A stretch of 64,000 bases of DNA from an uncultured delta proteobacterium (lineage in GTDB: Bacteria; Myxococcota_A; Polyangia; Polyangiales; Polyangiaceae): positions 224,001 to 288,000 of the forward strand of contig CAVQUB010000012.1 of NCBI GenBank assembly GCA_963716725.1, read 5' to 3'. This document shows positions 9,349 through 22,714 of the stretch, in pieces. Position 1 is the first letter of the stretch. Each line of letters opens with the position of its first letter. The position numbers and the translations under genes are program-made. The notes under the pieces were generated by a model, which ran no database searches, was not told the origin of the DNA, and saw nothing but the letters and a program-made list of their open reading frames with translations.

Positions 9349-10545
9349 TCACTTCGACTTCGGGACCTTGCGCAGCTCTCCCGTGCTGGTCGCGTACACG
9401 ACGTCGTAGGGCGAATCCGCGAGGGCGGAGGGCCCCGACTCTTTCGGAGCGATTTGCGTCACCACGCCGCCGCCGGCCGCAACGGCGAACACGCCGCCGC
9501 CAGCGTAGCTCTGTGTCTCGTCGCCAATGGCAGACCAGGCGATGGTTGGGCTCGACTTGAAGCGGATCACGGGGCCGATCTTGGTGAAGCCGCTCGCGAG
9601 TTGCTTCTCGGCGGCGCCGATCCCGTCGCAGGCCGTTCCCGAGAGCGAGCGTGACCAGACGCTGCCTTCGCTGCGCGTGTAGTAGAAGTTCGCGGCGTCC
9701 GCGGCAAGTCCAGTCGCGTCGCTGATCGGCGCCGAAAGCGCGCTTTCTCGGGTGCCGCCGCCCGTGGGCATGACCCAGAGCGCGCCGTTCGAAATCCAAT
9801 ACACACAGGCGCCGCTGGCCACCACGGCGCCGCCGGTTTCCCCCTCCGTGACGCTGAATATTGCGGCCCCCGCTTGCACGCCCGCCGAGAGGCCGAAGCG
9901 TGCGAGTCCGACCACGTTCGAAGTGCTCGCATCGAAGGTCACGTAAGCGAAGCCGTCCGTCGCCGCGAACAATCCGCGAGCGCCGAGCGGCGACTTGCCG
10001 GTGATGCTGATCTCGTCCTTTGCGCCGCCCGCCTTCGCGGTCCGCACCAAGCTCCCTTGCACGCCGCTGTTGCGCCCGCCGGCCACGAAGACGTAGGACG
10101 ACGTCGATGGAGCGATCAACGCCCGCGGCTTCTCCAGCAGCGGGGTGAGATCCTGCGCGGGGCCTCCGGCAATGGGGAGCTTTCGCAATGGCGAGTCTGC
10201 GAGGTCGCCGATAGTGAAATAGACGTCGGTCTCGTCGGCCGAAAGCACGATGGGCGGCGTGCCCGCCCAGAGCTTGGTCACGGGGAACTTCTGCGGATCG
10301 TAGCCGACATAGCCCGCGCTGCCCCCGCCTCCGGCCGCGCCGCCGCCGCCGCCGGTCGTGCCTCCTCCGCCGCCGCTGCTTCCGCCGGTGCCTCCAACCC
10401 CGCCCGACCCTCCAGCGCCGCCGCCGCCGCCGCCGCCGCCGGTCTGATCGATCAGCGATTCATCCAGGGTCTTCAGGCAGCCTGCGGCGGCGAAAGCTGC
10501 CACCGCCACCCATGCTCCGAGCTGAGCGCGACTCGGGGCCGACAT
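9349..10545 (-). CDS. Lipoprotein with Gly-rich linker and probable beta-propeller
   Basis: Lipobox AAGC, long Gly tract, repeated blades (ADETDVYFT, ASGACVYWI, ADAANFYYT, DSPYDVVYAT; P.AGG repeats). Confidence 0.75.
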   Translation of the reverse strand: MSAPSRAQLGAWVAVAAFAAAGCLKTLDESLIDQTGGGGGGGGAGGSGGVGGTGGSSGGGGGTTGGGGGAAGGGGSAGYVGYDPQKFPVTKLWAGTPPIVLSADETDVYFTIGDLADSPLRKLPIAGGPAQDLTPLLEKPRALIAPSTSSYVFVAGGRNSGVQGSLVRTAKAGGAKDEISITGKSPLGARGLFAATDGFAYVTFDASTSNVVGLARFGLSAGVQAGAAIFSVTEGETGGAVVASGACVYWISNGALWVMPTGGGTRESALSAPISDATGLAADAANFYYTRSEGSVWSRSLSGTACDGIGAAEKQLASGFTKIGPVIRFKSSPTIAWSAIGDETQSYAGGGVFAVAAGGGVVTQIAPKESGPSALADSPYDVVYATSTGELRKVPKSK

Positions 10546-10619
10546 GCTCGCTTCAGCATAGCACCCTGGCTTCGCGCCGGTCGAGGCTACTCTCCAAGGA
10601 CTTCAGGCGGTGGCTACGC

Positions 10620-10645
10620 CGCCCAGTCGCCCAGTCGCCCAGTCG
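10620..10645. repeat. Tandem 8-mer (CGCCCAGT)x3
   Basis: CGCCCAGTCGCCCAGTCGCCCAGTCG in the intergenic gap. Confidence 0.8.
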
Positions 10646-10693
10646 GCTCGCATGGTGGCGCCGACCGCTGGCGGTCCGCGCACGGCTTTGCCG

Positions 10694-11509
10694 TCAGAGC
10701 GTCGCCTCTTTGCAGCGCTCGATGCTGGAGCGAAAGCTCTTCTCGATGACCGAGCGCCGGTCCTTCTCCGAGAGCTGGCCCATCGGGCTCGGGAACTCGT
10801 CGCGATAGACCACAAAGGCGGCCTTGCAATCCCCGGCGCGAGCCAGGCAGGCGGCGCCGGTGTGGAACAGCGCCTTCGGCGACGAGGTCACCTGCGAGTC
10901 GTCAGGACCGGTCGGCGGAACGCGTGGCACGAGCTGCTTGACCCGCGCGATGTTCTCCGAGCAATCGCTGCGAGTGTTCATGTACGCGCCGTCCGTGAGC
11001 TCGCGCAGGGCCCGCAGCAGGCGATCGCGATCTGTCTCGTCGCCCCCGCGGCAGCGCATCGACGCGATGCCCTCTACGCTGGTCTTGGCGATCTCCGGGC
11101 TCATGTTCATCTCGCGCACGTAGTAGTCGAGGAGCGCTTGCTTGCCCGCCTGACAGCGTCCGACCAGCATTTCGCATTGGGCGCGAATCGAGACCATGGT
11201 GCTCTCGAGTTTCGCGTCGAGCTGCTTCAGACGGTCCAGCTCCGCCAGGCAACCCTTGCCGTCGTCGTGCATCATCCTGCGGTTAGCGGCTTGCGCGATC
11301 AGGGCGACCTCGCCCAGAGGGGTCGAGGGAAGGCGATCGGCGGCCGGCTCCGGCGCTCGGTCTCGCGGGTCTCCCGCCGGTGCCGCGATCAGCTGTGGAG
11401 AGCCTGGATCCGCGCTCGGCGCCGGCTCCGGCGCTCGCGACTCGCGCTGGCACGAGAGCGACGCGAAGAGCGCACACAAAGCCAGGAGCCGACCGCGCCG
11501 GATCGTCAC
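10694..11509 (-). CDS. Lipoprotein made of one 8-Cys helical domain, paralogous to the C-terminus of the upstream gene
   Basis: Lipobox SLSC; shares DGKGCLAELD, R.QC.ML.G.C.AGK, DRD.LL.A and AGDC with 11506..13002; GTGA overlap. Confidence 0.8.
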   Translation of the reverse strand: MTIRRGRLLALCALFASLSCQRESRAPEPAPSADPGSPQLIAAPAGDPRDRAPEPAADRLPSTPLGEVALIAQAANRRMMHDDGKGCLAELDRLKQLDAKLESTMVSIRAQCEMLVGRCQAGKQALLDYYVREMNMSPEIAKTSVEGIASMRCRGGDETDRDRLLRALRELTDGAYMNTRSDCSENIARVKQLVPRVPPTGPDDSQVTSSPKALFHTGAACLARAGDCKAAFVVYRDEFPSPMGQLSEKDRRSVIEKSFRSSIERCKEATL

Positions 11510-13002
11510 TTCTTACACTTCTGATTCTGCGTCTCGAAGCCCGATCGCATGATCTGCTCCTTCAGGTCGTCCTTCGTGTTCTTCATGAGCTCGAGCGGAT
11601 AGCCGTCCTTGTAGAGCTTCCACGCCAGGTTGCAGTCGCCCGCCTTGGTCGCGCAGCGCGACGCGGTGGAGTAGAGCGTGCGCGGGCCGTGGACGATCTG
11701 CGTGTCGTCTTCGTCCTTGGCCTTCACGACTTTGAACAACCGCTTCGCGGTATCGTAGTTCGATTGACAATACGCCGCGTCCTTCTTGTTCACGCCGGCC
11801 ATGGTCAGGTTGTGCACCGCCTGTAGCAGCGTGTCGCGGTCGTTCATCTTGCCCTGGCAGTACATTCTGGCCAGGGCGTCCGCGTGCGCGTCGATCTGCT
11901 CGGGCGACTGATCGCCCTGCATGGTCGCCAAGCCTTTGCGAACCAGCGACTTGCCCGCGTCGCACTGACCGCTCAGCATCACGCACTGGCCGCGCAGGTA
12001 GTGAGGGAAACCCGACTTCGGCTCCGTGGACTTCTCCTTGGGGTTGAGCTTGTCGTGCTTGTCGAGCTCCGCCAGACAGCCCTTGCCGTCACGGGCGGTG
12101 TGCTTCGCTTGCGCGCTCTTGAAGCGCTCGCCGGCTTCGCCGGAGGCCTCGAACTTCGCCTCCAGCTTGGCGGCCTTGTTGAGCGAGGCGTCCGTTTCGG
12201 GGGCCTTTTTGGCTGTCTGATCGGGGTTTTCGCCGCCTTCGATCTTGCGCAGCGTGAGCCGGATCGGGACCTTGCAGCCCTGGATCTCGGTCGCCGTCTC
12301 GCTCTTGCAAAGCGTCAGGTCGCCGCCCTGTTTGTCGGCCTTCGAGCTCTTCTTGCTGCTGCCGCCGGCACCGAAGCCGTAGAGCGAGCCCTCGGCGCTG
12401 ACCGCGGTGTCTTTTGCCGAGCCCAAGGCAAACGCGCCCAGATTGTAGCCGTAGACGTAGTGGGTCGCGCCCTTGCAGCCCGCGTTTGCGCCGACGTCGC
12501 TGGCGTACACCGCCGGGCGCGTCGCCGAGCGTGTGCCGGCCACGTAGTACTCCATGCGGAACTGCTCGCCGCCGGAGATGCGTCCGCCCAGGGTCGCGAC
12601 GCCGAGCGGGAGGCTGGCGTAGAGCTCGGCCTCGCTCTTGATCTCCAGCTTCTCGAGGGAGCCGCTGGTCCACTCGACGGGCTTGTAGCTGCCGAGGGAT
12701 CCACGGACCGAGTCGTCCTTGCAGCTGTCGAGCACCGTGAGCTTGCAGCCCTCGTACTTCACGAACACGACGTCGTTGGTCGCGATCGACTCGAACTGCG
12801 ACATGTCGGTCGCGTCCCACTCGATGATGAAGGGGCGCTCGTGGTTCTCGGGGTTGCACTTGTTCTTGCCGGCGAAGGTCTCGCCCATCAGCTTGCTCTG
12901 CCCGCCCTCGCGGGAGCCACCGGCGCCCGGGGCGCCGCCGGGCCCGCAGGCGGCGGAGAAGGCAGTCAACGCGAGCAATCCGAGGTACGGGGTCGAGTTC
13001 AT
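11506..13002 (-). CDS. Two-domain lipoprotein: N-terminal beta domain with MACPF-like motif, C-terminal 8-Cys helical domain
   Basis: Lipobox FSAAC; GAAGGAA RBS; GATHYVYGYNLGA motif; Gly/Ser-rich hairpin-like segments. Gene is well supported; function is tentative. Confidence 0.8.
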   Translation of the reverse strand: MNSTPYLGLLALTAFSAACGPGGAPGAGGSREGGQSKLMGETFAGKNKCNPENHERPFIIEWDATDMSQFESIATNDVVFVKYEGCKLTVLDSCKDDSVRGSLGSYKPVEWTSGSLEKLEIKSEAELYASLPLGVATLGGRISGGEQFRMEYYVAGTRSATRPAVYASDVGANAGCKGATHYVYGYNLGAFALGSAKDTAVSAEGSLYGFGAGGSSKKSSKADKQGGDLTLCKSETATEIQGCKVPIRLTLRKIEGGENPDQTAKKAPETDASLNKAAKLEAKFEASGEAGERFKSAQAKHTARDGKGCLAELDKHDKLNPKEKSTEPKSGFPHYLRGQCVMLSGQCDAGKSLVRKGLATMQGDQSPEQIDAHADALARMYCQGKMNDRDTLLQAVHNLTMAGVNKKDAAYCQSNYDTAKRLFKVVKAKDEDDTQIVHGPRTLYSTASRCATKAGDCNLAWKLYKDGYPLELMKNTKDDLKEQIMRSGFETQNQKCKK

Positions 13003-13208
13003 GACGTTCCTTCGATTTCGACGCGGAGGAGCTTTCCACCACCGCGCACGGCCTTCAAGGCCGGCGTCTCTACGCGCGAAATCGGGAGGATCTTCCCTGG
13101 GCCCTGAAGAACTCAGCGAGCGGTTCGAAATGAAACCCTAGCGATGACCATGACTCCGAACCCGCGTCACCTTCCTAGTCGCCGTGGCGCCTCGCGGCGA
13201 GTTTCAGC

Positions 13209-15074
<1,866 letters not shown>

Positions 15075-15094
15075 GGCTGGTCTCCATGAGGGGA

Positions 15095-18752
<3,658 letters not shown>

Positions 18753-18770
18753 GATTTCGCTCTCTCGCTG

Positions 18771-18788
18771 ACTGACACCGGCGTCAGT
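18771..18788. promoter_or_regulatory. Palindromic operator ACTGAC-N6-GTCAGT, probable TetR site
   Basis: ACTGACACCGGCGTCAGT, 18 nt upstream of the activase start and overlapping a putative -10. Confidence 0.65.
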
Positions 18789-18813
18789 GTACGGAAAGGG
18801 GACAGGAGGGCAA
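18786..18813 (-). promoter_or_regulatory. Putative sigma70-type promoter of the activase locus
   Basis: TTGCCC-N16-TACACT on the minus strand. Confidence 0.45.
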
Positions 18814-18923
18814 CCGTCAAAGGTCACGGATGCGCGAATCGGGGGCAATCGCGGCGCAAGCTCCCGAAATCGCAGCGGCCTTTTCGACGACCTCCGGCCC
18901 CAGATACCGGTCCGCGAGTTCCC

Positions 18924-18937
18924 TGACGTCAGTGTCA
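18924..18937. promoter_or_regulatory. Second TGAC-N6-GTCA site upstream of the TetR gene
   Basis: TGACGTCAGTGTCA, same half-sites and spacing as 18773-18786. Confidence 0.55.
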
Positions 18938-18979
18938 CCTGCGACGGGGCGGCCGAACCGGACGTATGCTGCCGGCGCC

Positions 18980-19669
18980 ATGGCTCGGGCAAAAGCGGCT
19001 GGGCGCGGGGAGCCGGCGCCGCGGGGACGCAAGACGTCGCGTGGCGCGGCCTCGAAGGCCGAGCGCCGATCGACCATCTTGGCCGCTGCTCGCGACGTAT
19101 TCGCCAAGCGCGGCTATCACGCTTCGACGATCGACGACATCGTCGCCGAGACCGGCGTCGCGCGCGGCACCTTCTACCTCTACTTCGAGGACAAACGCGC
19201 GGTCTTCTCGGATTTGATGGACCGCTTCTTCACCGCGCTCACGATGGCGATCAACCGCATTGACGTCGCCGCTCCGGCAGCGCCCGTGGCGGAGCAGGCT
19301 CGCGCCAACATTCGAGCGATCATTGGCATGTGCCTGGCCGACCGGGCCATGACCAAGATCCTGCTCTCGGACGCCCACGGCGTGGACCCCGCGTTCGACC
19401 GCAAGCTGGCCACCTTCTACGACGCCGTCGTTCAGCTCTTGACCGACAGCTTGCGAGAAGGACAGACGCTCGGGATCGTCGCCGACGGCGAGCCACGCGT
19501 GATGGCCTACCTGACCATCGGCGCGCTCAAGGAATTGCTCTATCAGGCGGTCACGCTGGGGCTCGCCGAAGAGAGCGCGGAGGTCCTCACCCAACAGATC
19601 TTCGAGTTCGTGAGCGAGGGTTACCTGCGGGTGCACCCCCGAGACGCACGCGCCAAGAAGCCCCGGTAG
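18980..19669 (+). CDS. TetR/AcrR family transcriptional regulator
   Basis: ILAAARDVFAKRGYHASTIDDIVAETGVARGTFYLYFEDK HTH; divergent from the activase. Confidence 0.93.
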   Translation: MARAKAAGRGEPAPRGRKTSRGAASKAERRSTILAAARDVFAKRGYHASTIDDIVAETGVARGTFYLYFEDKRAVFSDLMDRFFTALTMAINRIDVAAPAAPVAEQARANIRAIIGMCLADRAMTKILLSDAHGVDPAFDRKLATFYDAVVQLLTDSLREGQTLGIVADGEPRVMAYLTIGALKELLYQAVTLGLAEESAEVLTQQIFEFVSEGYLRVHPRDARAKKPR

Positions 19670-19744
19670 AACGGCCTTCAATAAGCGATCGTTGCCGCTT
19701 CTTCGCGGACGGACCAGTCGGCGGCGTACGATCGCGCCCAGCCA

Positions 19745-20734
19745 ATGACCCAGGACTCAGGCGGAGGATGCATCGTCCGCGCCGTGGCCTTCGACTTCGA
19801 GGCCAAGGTCGAGCGCAGCATCGAGCTCGCCGAGATGCGCGGGGTCATGGCGTCTGGCCAGTTCGTCTGGGTCGACGTGGATCTCGGAGACGCCGACGAG
19901 GCCCGGGCGCTGCTCGCCGAGCTCGCGCTGTTCAGCGACGAGATCGTCGACGACGCGCTCACGCGGGAGCCCGCGACGCAGACCGCGCGCTACGACGGCT
20001 ATTTGCACTTCGTCGTCTCCGGTTGTCGGCTCATCGGGCGCCACTTCGATCTGGAGCGCGTCGACTGCGTGATCGGAGAGCGCTTCCTGTTCACTCTCCA
20101 CCGCGGGCAGGTCGTGTTCTTGCAGGCGCTCAAGAAGGACTACTCCCAGGACTTCGCTGAGTTCGCCAAGAGCCCCAGCTTCTTGATCTATGAAATCTGG
20201 GATCACCTGACCGACAACTACTTGGCGGTTCAGAAGCGCTTCGAAGAGCGCGTGGAGGTCTTGCAGTCCGAGCTGATGCGTGAAGTGGATGACAAGGTCT
20301 TCGCGTCTGTGTCGGAGCTCGGCGCGGACTTGCTGCATTTCCGCAAGGTCGTCATGCCCGCCCGCGCGGTGCTGACAGATCTCTCGACGCGGCGCTCGCT
20401 CTACATCAGCGAGGCGACTCAGCCCTTCCTGGCGAACATGGTCGGCACCCTCGAGCGCGTGCTTCAAGACCTGCTGGTCGATCGCGACGTGCTCTCGAAC
20501 TCGCTGAATCTGTACATGTCGCTGGTGCAGCACCGCACCAACGAGGTCATGAAGAAGCTGACGGTCGTCAGTGTGATTTTCCTGCCGCTGACCTTCTTGT
20601 GCGGGGTGTACGGCATGAACTTCGAGCACCTGCCAGAGCTCAAGTGGCAGTACGGATACGCCGTGTTTTGGAGCGCGGTGCTCGCAATCGTGGCGCTGAT
20701 CGCGGTTGTGTCGCGGCGCGCCAAGCTGCTCTGA
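19745..20734 (+). CDS. corA: CorA family Mg2+/Co2+ transporter
   Basis: FLPLTFLCGVYGMNF (GMN motif), LPELKWQYGY, two C-terminal TM helices. Confidence 0.9.
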   Translation: MTQDSGGGCIVRAVAFDFEAKVERSIELAEMRGVMASGQFVWVDVDLGDADEARALLAELALFSDEIVDDALTREPATQTARYDGYLHFVVSGCRLIGRHFDLERVDCVIGERFLFTLHRGQVVFLQALKKDYSQDFAEFAKSPSFLIYEIWDHLTDNYLAVQKRFEERVEVLQSELMREVDDKVFASVSELGADLLHFRKVVMPARAVLTDLSTRRSLYISEATQPFLANMVGTLERVLQDLLVDRDVLSNSLNLYMSLVQHRTNEVMKKLTVVSVIFLPLTFLCGVYGMNFEHLPELKWQYGYAVFWSAVLAIVALIAVVSRRAKLL

Positions 20735-20797
20735 CGGCTGCACCTGCGCCCAGGCGCGCTGTTGACGTCGCGGGTCGTCCCTGGCGATGCTCGGGCC

Positions 20798-22543
20798 ATG
20801 AGAACGATCCTTGGTGGTGCCCTCGTCGTCCTGGCCTCCCTCGTCGGCTTTGCTTGCTCCAGCGAGTCCGGAGACACCGGGCCCGGGAGCGTAAGCGATC
20901 GCAAGAAGCCCGTGGGCTGCGTCGGCAAGTGCGACTCGCCCACTGACGTCTTCGTGAGCCCCTACGTGGCGGACATTGCCAAGATGAACGCCATCTGGCC
21001 GGGCGAGCCGGCCATCGTCAAAGTCGAAGACGCCTACACGGTGCTGGTCGATCTCGGACAGGCGAAGTTCCCGGCGCCGACCCACCTGTTCGGCGCGCCG
21101 GTGAATGTGATCCCGTATTCGAACGCGGACGGCATCTCGGACGCGGCCGGCAAGCCGGTGGCGCGCGGCGATGCCGGTATTGCCAAGGCCTTCCCCCGCG
21201 GGGTCGTGGGCTACGCGATCAAGCACCACCGCCCGGAGCACCGGAAGCTCTCGCCCCAGGACATCGCCGCGAACATGAAGGAGCAGGTGAAGCTCCAAGA
21301 CACCCACATCGAGATCGTGGTGGGTGTCTCCCGCGACGGCGAGCCCGGCGCCGTCACCCTGAACAACCCGCAGGACTACGAGCAGGGTCTGTTCGGAACG
21401 CCCGGCTATTCGATGGTGTTCGTGAAGCCCGCCTGGCCCAGCTACCTCAGCGCGAATCAGATCAAGGCGTTCAACGACAACGTCCGCACCATGATCGCGG
21501 CCTTCAACACGGTCAGCGATTTTCCGGGCGACTACAACGGCGGAGACCCCCTCGCTGCTCATGACGTGCCCAAGCTGAAAGAGCACGTGAAGCAGATGGT
21601 GCTGGCGGTGGGCGGCGACTCGGCGGCGCAGGATTTCTTCAAGGACCCAAAGAACCTCGTTTACTGCGCGGAGTTGGCGTTCCTCGGCACCAGCGCGGGT
21701 CTGCACTTCCCCCTCAACGACGCCACCATCGTGCCGCTCGTGGGCCAGGCCGCCTGGGATGCCTTCAAGGCCGAGTTGGACAAACACAACGCCGGGCAGG
21801 CGTCGACCTTCACGACTCTCAACGAGAACCAGCGTGTCAAATACGTGGACCTGAGCCTGGCCCCTGCCGATCTGAAGGGCATGCCCAGCTACTCGCCGGA
21901 TGCGTCGGACGCCGGGAAGCTGGCGTTCAAGCCCATGACCATGGCCGACATCCTGCAGCACTTCCTGCGCACTCACGTGCCGCGTGAACAGCTCGGCGAG
22001 CAGCTCGCGCCGGTGCAGGGTCAGCTGCTCGAGCAGATGAAGCCGGGCGTGCTCGAGGCGATGGCGATGGATCAGCTGCCGGCAGCCGATCCGAAGCGCG
22101 TCGCGGTGGAGCAGCTCTTCGACGCACTCGTCGGCGTGGTCAAGAAGAGTTACGCCAACTACGCCGAGTTCCAGGCGGCGGTCGAGCCCCTGATGCAGCA
22201 AGCGCGCAAGATGACCGGGCCGCGGGACGACACCGGCACCGGCTACTTCGTTCCGCCGAGCCTGCTTCACGTCGTGGCGCAGGGCAAACACCCCGGGGGC
22301 CTGATCGGTCTGCAGTACGTCGGCCACGGCATCCACTGGTCGGCGGTCAGCCTGCCCGCGGCGCCGCCGCCCTCGAATCCCACCGACGACGGCTCGCTGA
22401 ACGTCGTGCCGCCCAACAGCCCCTACGGCAAGAGCTGCGTGTCGTCCTGCGGCGGTTCGTCGCCGGACGGGTCCTGCTGGTGCGACAACTCCTGCGCCGA
22501 GTACGGCGACTGCTGCACGGACAAAGCAACCGCCTGTCCGTGA
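20798..22543 (+). CDS. Lipoprotein with putative permuted papain-like (NlpC/P60) core and C-terminal somatomedin-B-like domain
   Basis: Lipobox GFAC; THIEIVVG ... LVYCAELAF; C-terminus SCVSSCG...CWCDNSCAEYGDCCTD...CP. Confidence 0.75.
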   Translation: MRTILGGALVVLASLVGFACSSESGDTGPGSVSDRKKPVGCVGKCDSPTDVFVSPYVADIAKMNAIWPGEPAIVKVEDAYTVLVDLGQAKFPAPTHLFGAPVNVIPYSNADGISDAAGKPVARGDAGIAKAFPRGVVGYAIKHHRPEHRKLSPQDIAANMKEQVKLQDTHIEIVVGVSRDGEPGAVTLNNPQDYEQGLFGTPGYSMVFVKPAWPSYLSANQIKAFNDNVRTMIAAFNTVSDFPGDYNGGDPLAAHDVPKLKEHVKQMVLAVGGDSAAQDFFKDPKNLVYCAELAFLGTSAGLHFPLNDATIVPLVGQAAWDAFKAELDKHNAGQASTFTTLNENQRVKYVDLSLAPADLKGMPSYSPDASDAGKLAFKPMTMADILQHFLRTHVPREQLGEQLAPVQGQLLEQMKPGVLEAMAMDQLPAADPKRVAVEQLFDALVGVVKKSYANYAEFQAAVEPLMQQARKMTGPRDDTGTGYFVPPSLLHVVAQGKHPGGLIGLQYVGHGIHWSAVSLPAAPPPSNPTDDGSLNVVPPNSPYGKSCVSSCGGSSPDGSCWCDNSCAEYGDCCTDKATACP

Positions 22544-22714
22544 GTGGTCGGCGCGGCATGCGCTGACGTGGCGTGCGGCTCCGCCCTCGGCCGAGTCGGT
22601 CGAGGGTCGGTGAGCGCGCGGACCGGCTCCGCAAATCTCGAATTTGGCCGGGCGGCGCGGCTGATCCGGCCTCCCGACCCTGCTCCTCTTGACCGTCGCG
22701 GACGGGGGGAGCAG

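Noticed and set aside
10320..10442. (GCC)n tracts as a possible phase-variable repeat
   Set aside because: In-frame triplets encoding the Gly linker; length change would not switch expression.
13003..13208. Possible riboswitch upstream of the MACPF-like gene
   Set aside because: Only short GC-rich hairpins; no recognisable aptamer consensus.
19757..22336. Long antisense ORFs (this one, 35511..37877, 47707..49668, 54647..57145 and others)
   Set aside because: They overlap well-supported genes, have no motifs, and are expected from stop-poor high-GC codon usage.
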